Origin: Terriglobales bacterium | GTDB lineage: Bacteria > Acidobacteriota > Terriglobia > Terriglobales > Acidobacteriaceae | Assembly: GCA_035601775.1 (NCBI GenBank) | Contig: DATNNO010000085.1 | Location: 190,826 to 254,825, forward strand | Reading direction: 5' to 3' | Length of the DNA stretch: 64,000 nt | Shown here: positions 25,434 through 33,670 of the stretch, in pieces | How the letters are laid out: each line of letters opens with the position of its first letter | Numbering within the stretch: the first letter of the stretch is position 1 | Program-made: the position numbers and the translations under genes | Notes under the pieces: model-generated | Told to the model about the DNA's origin: nothing | The model's database searches: none | The model's input: only the letters and a program-made list of their open reading frames with translations

Positions 25434-26624
25434 ATGACGCCACAATCGGCATTCACCGATGTCCCCACCGCCATCGAGGAAATCCGCTCCGGCCGCATGG
25501 TCGTGGTAGTGGATGATGAGGATCGCGAGAACGAAGGCGATCTGACGCTCGCTGCCGAGAAAGTCACTCCTGAACTGATCAATTTCATGGCCAAGTACGG
25601 CCGCGGATTGGTTTGCCTGGCCATGACTGAGGAGCGGCTGGACCATTTGCACATCGGTCCCATGACCGCCGAAAACACGTCGAACTACGGGACCGCGTTT
25701 TGCGAAGCGATTGATGCCCGCGATGGAGTGACCACTGGAATTTCAGCCTACGATCGCGCCCGGACGATAAAGGTTGCAATCGATCCCGCCACTCGCCCTT
25801 CGGATCTGGCGCGTCCCGGACATGTCTTCCCACTGCGGGCCCGCAAGGGTGGCGTGCTGGTGCGCGCCGGCCAAACCGAGGCCTCGGTCGACCTGGCCCG
25901 CATGGCGGGACTGATTCCGGCGGGAGTGATTTGCGAGATCATGCGCGACGACGGAACCATGGCGCGGGTTCCCGACCTCATTGAGTTCTGCAAAACCCAC
26001 AGCATGAAGATGCTGACCGTGGCCGAACTCATTCGCTACCGCATGCAGCACGAGCGCTATGTGCACCGGGTTGGGGAAGCGATTATTGGAACCCGTTACG
26101 GAGAGTTTCGCCTGATTGCCTATGAGAGCGAAGTGGACGGCGGCGAATCTCACGTTGCCTTGGTTAAAGGGGACGCACGCGGCGATATGGGTCCCGATAA
26201 CGACAGCGGCAGCGAGCCGGTGCTGGTCCGCATGCACTCCCATTGCGTGATGGGCGATGTATTCGGTTCTACGGCTTGCGATTGTCACGCGACCATTGAA
26301 GGCTCGATGCAGGCCATTGCGCGCGCAGGCCGGGGCGCTCTGATCTATCTGCATCAAACTTCGAAGGGCTTTTCGGTAGAGAGCATCGGAGAGCGGAGCA
26401 TGCTCACCTTCCACCGCGACAAGCGTCTCCCGTCTCTACCAGAGAGCGAACGCAAAACTCAGCGGGAAATTGGAATTGGAGCGCAAATTCTCTCGGACTT
26501 GAATCTGCGGCGCATTCGCCTTCTGACCAACCATCCCCGAAAAGTTCCGGCGCTCGAAGGATTCAACATCGAGATCGTCGAGCAGGTGCCGGTGCTGCTG
26601 GACAAAGTCAAGACTCATTCCTGA
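25434..26624 (+). CDS. ribBA: Bifunctional 3,4-dihydroxy-2-butanone-4-phosphate synthase / GTP cyclohydrolase II-like protein
   Basis: RibB core [45 protein letters not shown]. The C-terminal GCH II-like domain has [17 protein letters not shown] ... [25 protein letters not shown]. Confidence 0.85.
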   Translation: MTPQSAFTDVPTAIEEIRSGRMVVVVDDEDRENEGDLTLAAEKVTPELINFMAKYGRGLVCLAMTEERLDHLHIGPMTAENTSNYGTAFCEAIDARDGVTTGISAYDRARTIKVAIDPATRPSDLARPGHVFPLRARKGGVLVRAGQTEASVDLARMAGLIPAGVICEIMRDDGTMARVPDLIEFCKTHSMKMLTVAELIRYRMQHERYVHRVGEAIIGTRYGEFRLIAYESEVDGGESHVALVKGDARGDMGPDNDSGSEPVLVRMHSHCVMGDVFGSTACDCHATIEGSMQAIARAGRGALIYLHQTSKGFSVESIGERSMLTFHRDKRLPSLPESERKTQREIGIGAQILSDLNLRRIRLLTNHPRKVPALEGFNIEIVEQVPVLLDKVKTHS

Positions 26625-26632
26625 AGCGGGTG

Positions 26633-26700
26633 CCCCATCCTAACGTCGCGGAAATAGTCCGATCCCAACCTCACTCTGGTTTTGCGACGTTAGGGTGGGG
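26633..26700. repeat. Long hairpin (17-bp stem) immediately after ribBA
   Basis: CCCCATCCTAACGTCGC (26633-26649) pairs with GCGACGTTAGGGTGGGG (26684-26700) with one G-T mismatch and a 34-nt loop. ATTTTGACTTTT follows. It may be a terminator or a REP-like element. Confidence 0.5.
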
Positions 26701-26766
26701 ATTTTGACTTTTAACCGTTGGATGTATTGCCCCCATTTCGCTTGAGTTTTACAGTACCGGATGGCC

Positions 26767-27030
26767 GGTTCAAAGCCCGGTTTAGGCTTGACCGGGGATG
26801 TTCAGCCCTCCCCAACTCTGTCATCCCGACTCAACTCTGTGATCCCGACCGGAACAGATCATCGCAAAGCGATGATCTGTGGAGTGGAGGGACCTTGCGT
26901 TGCGACGTCACCCGGCTGTGAGAAACGGTCGGGATCGAGTCGGAATAGACGACACAAAAACACGAAAGAGCGGCAGGAAGACTCTGTCCGGCTCCGAACT
27001 GCCCCCAACCAAGCCAAAACCGGGCTTGAA
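26767..27030. repeat. Nested-palindrome (MITE/REP-like) element
   Basis: Terminal inverted repeats GGTTCAAAGCCCGGTTTAGGCTTG (26767-) and CCAAGCCAAAACCGGGCTTGAA (-27030). Internal IRs CCGACTC...GATCCCGACCG / CGGTCGGGATCGAGTCGG and GATCATCGC-AAA-GCGATGATC. Confidence 0.5.
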
Positions 27031-27085
27031 TGGGCCACCGGCCGGCGAATCGGCCCAGCCTTTCAAACTAAATCCTTCTTCCCTG

Positions 27086-27676
27086 ATGTACAATTCCCAT
27101 GATTTTGATTGGAAAGGATGGATCATCGCCATGGTCGATCTCGATCCCCACACCATACGCGAAGTGATGAGCGACGCCCGACACCGAAGCAAAGATCCGG
27201 CAGAAGGATTCATGCTTGGGATTTCCATCGTACTTGCGGCCGGGGTCATCATCAGGTTCATCTTTGGGGAAGAGCGGAGTATCAGGTCCATTTGGACTTA
27301 CCTTGAAGGAATCGCTGTAGTTTACGCCCTTTGCTTTCTGATCTTGCTCATCTTTTTTGCGCGCGGCCCCCGACAATCTGCAAAACTAGCTGCGCGGCCG
27401 GCCATTTCTCTCCTATCACTACCGCTACTGCCGCTGGCTCTGGCTTTGGCTCTCTTCCTCTACCTCGTTTTGCTGGCAGGAGGCCTCTTGCTTCTTATTG
27501 TTATAAAGGTCTCGGGGAAAAAGGATTTCGCCTGGGGAACAGGGTCTTTGGCGGACATGTTTACCCTGAAATGGTGGAAGTCTAAGGGCTGGAGACCACC
27601 ATCAAGGATGGAACCGGGCACAGGTCATGGGATGATTAGCAGCCGTTCAGGGGTTAGCCCATCCCCTCAGAAATAA
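27086..27676 (+). CDS. Hypothetical membrane protein (3-4 TM helices)
   Basis: ATG at 27086 is chosen because the track ORF (26879) runs through the palindromic element. TM segments include FMLGISIVLAAGVIIRFIF, IAVVYALCFLILLIFFA and LALALALFLYLVLLAGGLLLLIVI. No family recognised. Confidence 0.4.
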   Translation: MYNSHDFDWKGWIIAMVDLDPHTIREVMSDARHRSKDPAEGFMLGISIVLAAGVIIRFIFGEERSIRSIWTYLEGIAVVYALCFLILLIFFARGPRQSAKLAARPAISLLSLPLLPLALALALFLYLVLLAGGLLLLIVIKVSGKKDFAWGTGSLADMFTLKWWKSKGWRPPSRMEPGTGHGMISSRSGVSPSPQK

Positions 27677-27906
27677 CAAATCAGGGTTGTCCGGGTGGCT
27701 GACCACCTTTGCGGCTTTGCAAAGGCCGGGACCAATGCAGCCTGCGTCCCGATTTTCCACCCGTGACCGCCGACCTCATCGCTCCCACCTTTACAAGTAG
27801 AGGCGCGCCAGCCCCGAGCGCCGCTAGAAAACGACAACACATCTTCGCCTTGTTTTCGCCGCAGTGGAAATGCTAGGCTGCTCAGTAGATCAGGTGGCGG
27901 AGAAAC

Positions 27907-28794
27907 TTGAACTACGAAATCCTTAAGACGGTTTCCCAAATTCTCACGTATATCGGCCTCTCTGTATCGTCGATTCTGACGTGGATAAATCTGCATTTCA
28001 AAACGTCTCAAGACCCCGATGCCGGTCATCGAAAAATTCTGACGCCGGCGGGAAAAGCAGCTAGAATTTTTCTTGTCATCTCATTTGTGCTCACAATATG
28101 TTCGGCAATCGTACAAAACTATGCTGATTCACAATTGAGACGCGCTGCCGAGCAACGCGGAACGAAGGCCATTCAGGCGGCTCTAGAAGAACAACACAAG
28201 CTATACGTAAATGAGTTGGAGCAACAATTTGAGGGGCCGAACGGAGTCATTCCCAAAATAGGTGAACAGGCGAAAGCGTTGAAAGCCGCCGAGTCACTGA
28301 TTGTTACCCAATCATCCGAAACCATCAATCAGTTCACGGGCTCAGAGTCCTACGCTGTCCTGATGTATGCTCCGGGACAAGGTTCTTTGCTATTTGCCCA
28401 TGTAGGAAAATACCCGCTCTACGGAGTCTCTGCTCGAATTGCTGACCTTGACCAAATGCCGACGAACCTTGCGGGCGTAACAGTTCCGGTTGGCGACATG
28501 ATTCGGGAACACGCGAACATCGAATCCATACCAGCAGGCATTCCGACATCAGGTGACCACTTCAATGCTAATGTTTTCTTCACAGCTAGAAATGGTGATT
28601 GGACTGAACTATTGCGGGTAATACGAGTGAATGACGGATGGGCAAGGGCTATTCGGGTGATGGGACGATTTACTTCTCTCAAGAAGGAAAAAGTGATGTG
28701 TGAGACTATCGACCCGAAATTTCCCCAGAACGCCGCGAGCGTACTCAATGAATTCAAACCTGTAGATGGCCCAAAGCCGCCGCGCTGTCTGTGA
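27907..28794 (+). CDS. Hypothetical protein with two N-terminal TM helices, a coiled-coil segment and an unknown C-terminal domain
   Basis: TTG start preceded by GGAG. TM segments VSQILTYIGLSVSSILTWINL and AARIFLVISFVLTICSAIVQNY. The region looks AT-richer by eye. No family recognised. Confidence 0.5.
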   Translation: MNYEILKTVSQILTYIGLSVSSILTWINLHFKTSQDPDAGHRKILTPAGKAARIFLVISFVLTICSAIVQNYADSQLRRAAEQRGTKAIQAALEEQHKLYVNELEQQFEGPNGVIPKIGEQAKALKAAESLIVTQSSETINQFTGSESYAVLMYAPGQGSLLFAHVGKYPLYGVSARIADLDQMPTNLAGVTVPVGDMIREHANIESIPAGIPTSGDHFNANVFFTARNGDWTELLRVIRVNDGWARAIRVMGRFTSLKKEKVMCETIDPKFPQNAASVLNEFKPVDGPKPPRCL

Positions 28795-29045
28795 CACGCG
28801 GCGCGTGGCCTGGCGCCCCAAGTTCGCGTCGGTTTTTGACGCTAACCTGCGTCAGCACATACCGACGTGGCTCCCAAGTTACCGCCCAAAAACCGGGCGG
28901 GAACCTGGGACACCGGGCCCAGCGTCAGTCGCGAAACTGGATCGCCGAGAAGAGATGACGGACTGAGCGAGCGCCAGGCGCGGCGGAGAAACCGGTAGTG
29001 TCAGGTTAAACCGGAGGGGGCCGATCCAGCAGACGCGGTTTTTTC

Positions 29046-30408
29046 ATGGAGCTCCCGACGACTATGTCAGATGATAACGTGCCAACTCCACGAGACAAAT
29101 TTGACAACGAACTGATTGAAATTTCGGGGCAGATCGCAAAGTCTGGTATGGACCGAATCTTCATGCATCTGAGAGACGCCCGCGAGACGCTACGGGTTGC
29201 TGATACAACAATCGGGGCGAAGGCAACAATCATCCTAGCTTCAGCTGCCCTGGAGTCAAACCTTGCCCATCTGACATTGCGCGCTCAGGCATTTGCTGCT
29301 GCGCGGCCACACCTTTACAAGCCTGAGCAAGTTGAATATCTATACGGGAAAAAAGACAACAGTCACGGATCGGGGTGCCCTGAAGGATGTACCGCTTCGA
29401 CAAAGCTTGGAAGAACGCCTGCAGGTTGTTCCAGATCTCTTGGCCCGAGCAGTCAATCGCAGGTATGCACTGCCGAGCAAGTCGCTTGCAATCCGCAAAC
29501 TCCGGCGCACAATAGAGCTGCGCGACAGCATCATCCATCCGCGCTGGGACAAATATCTACCTAGCATTTCCGCAATGGAAGCGGCTCAAGCTGTAGACGC
29601 AGTAGAACTATACCTTGATTCAGTTTGGAAACAACTCCATCCTTACTTGATAGGCTACGTCGCAGTACTTCCCACTATCAGAGGCTTCGACAAGCACGAT
29701 GTGGCAATCGGCCACCGAACAGCGGAGAAGCGAGTGCCCAAGACAAGCTTCACCACGATGACAAAAATCGGCATCGTTGAAGTCTTGGTCCATGAGTGGG
29801 TTGATATGGTGACGATCTGCAGCCTCGCTTTCGAAGGCGGATGTGAGGGTGACTCGGCAGGAAGTCTCTTAACCCGCGTTGCGCTCGTCTTACTCTTTGC
29901 AGGTTTAAACTCACAGCTGTCCATTGTTGCTCAATGGAGACTCCACGACCGATCATCGGCATTTCACGAGGCCGAGCGCAATTTCCTAAACGAAAACGCT
30001 GTGGGACTCGGCATGGATGGGGAGATTGAAATCGAAGAGGATCGTCAAAGCTTTAAGGAACGTATTGTCGCGGTGCCGACTGTACTGGTCAGGCGAGTGG
30101 AGAGTCAAGAGATCAACATCGATCTTGGAACCAAATGGGGTGAGCAACTACAGAAGTCGTATTTATTACGCAATGCTGTCGTGCATGCACCTTCCGACAA
30201 ACCCATCGAGCGCGTAAGTCTGTTGGAACTCCGGGCCGCCGCCACTGCTGTTCGCTCCTACTTCGAAGAATTAGTGCGGAAGGCCCCCGAAACCTTCAAA
30301 GCTCAGAACAAACTGCTGCCAGGCTTCGAAATCCCAGACGAAGCAGACCTCGAGGCGCTGATTAAAGCAGAAAGGATTCGCTGGGACAATCTCAATTCCC
30401 GTTTCTGA
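29046..30408 (+). pseudogene. Putative tandem-HEPN protein (~454 aa) interrupted by a frameshift at an A6 tract
   Basis: ORFs 29046..29564 and 29293..30408 overlap in different frames. The protein-like sequence switches frame at AAAAAA (29350-29355). Two Rx4H motifs are present: LRDSIIH (29521-29538) and LRNAVVH (30169-30186), each at the end of a ~150-aa helical-looking block. Confidence 0.55.
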
Positions 30409-30766
30409 GGCCCAGTGCCCCTGGTTCGCGCACTTTCCTTGTATATTCAGGCTCGTAACCCCCGTTTTTCGGGCGCTAACCTGGGTTTCGCCATATTCCG
30501 AAGGAGACAGCCCCAGATGTCATAGCTAAAGATCGTCTTGCGCCATCAGGCCCCCACAGTTCGCGCACTTTACGTTTCCCACTTCGGGAACCGTCTTCGG
30601 GGCCCGTCCACTTTCCCCTTGATCTCATTCCCTCCACCACGATATTATAGAACAACACAGGTTATCTATAAGATAAAGATAACCACGTTCTTTGACAACC
30701 TGACAAGGGCGCAGCTCTTGGCCATTGTGTTCACCACATACGCCAACTGCTGAGTCCGACCAACCA

Positions 30767-30800
30767 GACGAAGGCGAAAACCTTCGTCCGGCGCTTTTGC
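30767..30800 (+). terminator. Possible intrinsic terminator in non-coding DNA
   Basis: Stem GACGAAGG (30767-30774) / CCTTCGTC (30781-30788), loop CGAAAA, then CGGCGCTTTTGCTGTT. The U-tract is weak and displaced. Confidence 0.3.
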
Positions 30801-31072
30801 TGTTGTCCAGAGCGTAGGCGCAACCGGCCCGACAGACACGCTAACCCCAACGTTTAGAATATTTTGCCTGTAACTACCTTAAGAACCATAGATCTACAAG
30901 GCAAGAAAAAATCCGACCCTTTGTTTTCTAGATTTTGGGCGGAATTGAGTGTTTTTTTTGAGGGAAATTCTGCACCAGAATAGGTGCAGTTCTCGAAATA
31001 AGTCGTCGAAAGAACATGGATGACGCGCAGCGAGAGCACAAGGAGCCGGCAGCCATCCTCATGTCGGCGGCG

Positions 31073-31336
31073 TCAGAAAGGCTTTCGACTTACCACCTGA
31101 CTATCGTTAATGAAGAACTGCGCGGGGCACTGATCGGAGCCGCAGATTACGGGGAGCAGTCCGGCGAGCTGCTTGCGCGTAATCAGGCCCAGAGTGCCGC
31201 ATTCAGGGCAGGAGAGCACGGCCCAGTAGGGGTCATCTTTTTCTCCGACGCGGCCGGCGTTCTCCAGCACGAAGATGGTGCCGGGGAGCATCTGTTCGGG
31301 GATCCATTGGCTTAGGACGTCCAGTTCTCCAACCAT
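31073..31336 (-). CDS. Small zinc-ribbon-like hypothetical protein (87 aa)
   Basis: ATG at 31336 with AAGGAGG SD (31341-31347 on plus strand). Cys pairs CPECG ... CGSDQC. Lies downstream of the MerR gene on the same strand. Confidence 0.55.
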   Translation of the reverse strand: MVGELDVLSQWIPEQMLPGTIFVLENAGRVGEKDDPYWAVLSCPECGTLGLITRKQLAGLLPVICGSDQCPAQFFINDSQVVSRKPF

Positions 31337-31409
31337 CTCGCCTCCTTGTTCGGTCAAACGATGTTCGGCCAAGCAACGTGGAGCCACTATGTGGAACCAA
31401 ACTTCCCGC

Positions 31410-31877
31410 TTATGAAGCCTGTCTTACTTTGCGCAATGAGCGAGACATACCGGTGCTACTCTTCTTGGCGCGTATTTCGGCGCGCACCTGCCGCACGGTG
31501 TCGCTGAGACAGATCGTCAGCATGGGCTGGCGCGCATTTTTCAAGATGTCCACAATCTGCCGGGGCGAAGTTTCGAGATACAGAGTTTTGCCGTCGGTGA
31601 GCAAGTGGTATTCAGAGGCGCCACTGACGGTCTCCGCCAGGCGCTTACCGAACTCCCGCTGCAGGAAGCGCATGACCTTGCGCACGCGCTGCAAGGAGAA
31701 TCCTCGGTGGCGCAACTCGCAGATCACGGCGACCTCCGCGAGGTCTTCCATGGAATACACCCGGCGGCGCCCTTCCCGAGCTGGAACCACGATGCGGCGC
31801 TCGTCCCACCACTGCAACTGCCGGGGCGTGATGCCGGTCAGCGATACCACATCGCGAGATGTGAATGGTTCCCGCAT
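31410..31877 (-). CDS. MerR-family transcriptional regulator
   Basis: N-terminal HTH FTSRDVVSLTGITPRQLQWWDERRIVVP ... RRVYSMEDLAEVAVICELRHRGFSLQRV. Confidence 0.8.
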   Translation of the reverse strand: MREPFTSRDVVSLTGITPRQLQWWDERRIVVPAREGRRRVYSMEDLAEVAVICELRHRGFSLQRVRKVMRFLQREFGKRLAETVSGASEYHLLTDGKTLYLETSPRQIVDILKNARQPMLTICLSDTVRQVRAEIRAKKSSTGMSRSLRKVRQAS

Positions 31878-31891
31878 GCCAAGTCTGAAAA

Positions 31892-31928
31892 TGTTTCAAA
31901 CAATTGCAGAACCAAATGTTTGGAACAT
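31892..31928. promoter_or_regulatory. Two palindromic operator-like sites upstream of the MerR gene
   Basis: TGTTTCAAACA (31892-31902) and ATGTTTGGAACAT (31916-31928), 15-50 nt upstream of the start at 31877. Confidence 0.35.
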
Positions 31929-32207
31929 TCTAGGCGGGAACGGGCAGGTGTCAACTGTGGATTTCGCGGAGGAGGGGTGACTAGACGAGTTCCCTCAAGT
32001 GGAATCTCTTACATTGGGTTCAGAAGTGGAGTGTCAAGCGGAGCCGCCGTGTCGGTTACTTGGACATTTCAGCACCGACAATTCTTCCTAAAGAAGACCT
32101 GATAAAGGACTTACAGCAAATACGAATTCGAAAGCGGGTGGATTGGCAGTTGTTAGTTCCTGGTGCTCAGTTCTCAGATCCAGAGCAATGAGGGGCGTCA
32201 AGAAGTC

Positions 32208-32408
32208 TTAGCCCCCGCCGACGAAGTGGACAATCTCCAAGCGGTCGCCTTCACTCAGGTTGGTTCTCGCCCATTGATCGCGGGCAACGATGCTTCGGTT
32301 CAGCTCGATGGCTACGCGATCTGCTTTCATCTCCAGCTGGTCCACAAGACCGGCGAGAGTGAGCGGAGGATTGAAATCCCGAGCTTCGCCATTGATCTGC
32401 AATTTCAT
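32208..32408 (-). CDS. thiS: Sulfur-carrier protein ThiS
   Basis: 66 aa from ATG 32408: MKLQINGEARDF ... GDRLEIVHFVGGG* with a C-terminal Gly-Gly. Confidence 0.85.
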   Translation of the reverse strand: MKLQINGEARDFNPPLTLAGLVDQLEMKADRVAIELNRSIVARDQWARTNLSEGDRLEIVHFVGGG

Positions 32409-32510
32409 ATCATCTGGATTCTCGCAGCCAGCGCGTGCCGACGGCAAGTGAGCTGTCGAGCTTCGCTCGACCGCGCAGCCGGAGGCGCTGCCCCCACGCG
32501 ATCATCTCGC

Positions 32511-33101
32511 TTATGCTTCTACTTTGCGCAGGTGGAATTTGCGGGTTGCAGTGCGGCCGGAGTAGTTGGCTTGCACGAGCACGGCAGAATCGGGGAGAGA
32601 GGCTTCATCAACATCGATCTTCAGCTCGGCGTCGCCGTCTGAACCGGTGACCACTTGGGTGTAGAACGGGGCAGCGTCGGGACGGGCAAAGCGAACCGTC
32701 AGCCGCGCTCCCTCCACTGCGGCGCCTCCCTCGGTGACGCGCAGGCGCAGGGTCAGATTACGGTCCGAATGCACGGAGCCAGCGTTGAGCCACAGCACAT
32801 CGAGTTCCTTGATAGCAGCCAGCGACTCGGGCGTGAAGCGTTTGTCGAGAACACCGTCCACCTGTCCGTCGCGGATAGAGTCGAGCACCAGACGATGCTG
32901 GTCGCGCAGGATCTGCTCTTTCTGCTGGTCGGTGAAGCCGGACTCGGCGGCTTTGTCCGCGTAGGAGGTGGCACGCTTGCCGATGCAGCGTCCGCGGACG
33001 AAGACTTGAGTCTGCAGGAGCAACTCGTTCTCCCGCGCTTCGCTTTGCACGTGGTAAACCGTGCCGTCGTGCTTCACGTCGGTATTGAAGCCAAAGATCA
33101 T
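32511..33101 (-). CDS. Hypothetical protein (196 aa)
   Basis: Clean ORF with an ATG start: MIFGFNTDVKHDGTVYHVQSEARENELLLQTQVFVRGRCIG... No family recognised. Confidence 0.6.
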   Translation of the reverse strand: MIFGFNTDVKHDGTVYHVQSEARENELLLQTQVFVRGRCIGKRATSYADKAAESGFTDQQKEQILRDQHRLVLDSIRDGQVDGVLDKRFTPESLAAIKELDVLWLNAGSVHSDRNLTLRLRVTEGGAAVEGARLTVRFARPDAAPFYTQVVTGSDGDAELKIDVDEASLPDSAVLVQANYSGRTATRKFHLRKVEA

Positions 33102-33106
33102 CTGAC

Positions 33107-33147
33107 CCTACTTAACCAATCCTACTTAACCAATCCTACTTAACCAT
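33107..33147. repeat. 14-bp tandem repeat x3 (CCTACTTAACCAAT)
   Basis: Units at 33107-33120 and 33121-33134, with a partial unit at 33135-33147. It begins 5 nt upstream of the minus-strand start codon at 33101. Confidence 0.8.
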
Positions 33148-33199
33148 CGGCAGAAATCCACGCGCATGTTAAACGCTCGTCACAAAGTGGCCCAGTCGC

Positions 33200-33228
33200 T
33201 TGACACTCCCATCCGCGAAATCTACTCT
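33200..33228 (+). promoter_or_regulatory. Sigma-70-type promoter candidate for the nuo operon
   Basis: TTGACA (33200-33205), 17-nt spacer, TACTCT (33223-33228). It lies ~45 nt upstream of the nuoA ATG. Confidence 0.45.
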
Positions 33229-33274
33229 AGAATGTTTAGTGAATGCTTGGCTGCGAATTATATATAGCTCCTCT

Positions 33275-33670
33275 ATGCCGGACAATTACTTCGCTCGCTA
33301 CCTGCCATTATTGATTCACCTCATCGTAGCAGGTGCTTTGGCTTCTGCCATTGTGCTGCTTTCCTGGTTTATTGGCTACCGGCGGCCTACGCGAGCCAAG
33401 CTTTCTCCTTATGAGTGCGGGATGACCCCGGTGGGAGACGCCCGGGAGCGCTTCTCGGTAAAGTTCTACCTGGTGGCCATGCTCTTCATTCTGTTCGACG
33501 TGGAAGCGATCTTCCTTTATCCCTGGGCGGTGATCCTGCGGGAGCTTAAGATGTTTGGTTTCTGGGAGATGCTGGTGTATATCGGCATCGTTCTGGTGGG
33601 CTACTTCTATATCTGGAAAAAGGGTGTGCTGGACTGGGGTACTCCGTCGGCAAGAAGAGGGGAGGTCTGA
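33275..33670 (+). CDS. nuoA: NADH-quinone oxidoreductase subunit A
   Basis: 131 aa from ATG 33275. KLSPYECGMTPVGDARERFSVKFYLVAMLFILFDVEAIFLYPWA. Confidence 0.9.
   Translation: MPDNYFARYLPLLIHLIVAGALASAIVLLSWFIGYRRPTRAKLSPYECGMTPVGDARERFSVKFYLVAMLFILFDVEAIFLYPWAVILRELKMFGFWEMLVYIGIVLVGYFYIWKKGVLDWGTPSARRGEV

Noticed and set aside
26718-27102. ORFs 26718-26921, 26761-27102 and the 26879 start of the 27086-27676 gene.
   Set aside because: They read straight through the nested-palindrome element, and their translations are Pro/Arg/Ser-rich. They are most likely artefacts of the repeat.
30600-30660. Possible tRNA or tmRNA 3-prime end (CCTCCACCACGA) that could serve as an island integration site.
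   Set aside because: No T-loop (GTTCGAATC-like) or acceptor-stem pairing could be drawn around it. No cloverleaf is apparent on either strand.
30538-30753. 71-aa ORF 30538-30753(+) and 61-aa ORF 30854-31039(-) in the island's non-coding stretch.
   Set aside because: The sequences are compositionally odd (runs of T-rich codons, no SD, no motifs). The region is better explained by regulatory or RNA features.
32409-32510. TPP riboswitch upstream of thiS and FMN riboswitch upstream of ribBA (25359-25433).
   Set aside because: The thiS leader has small hairpins (GTCGAGC-TTC-GCTCGAC) but lacks the ordered CUGAGA and ACCUGAUCUGGAUAAUGCCAGCG-type core. The ribBA leader is only 75 nt, too short for an RFN element.
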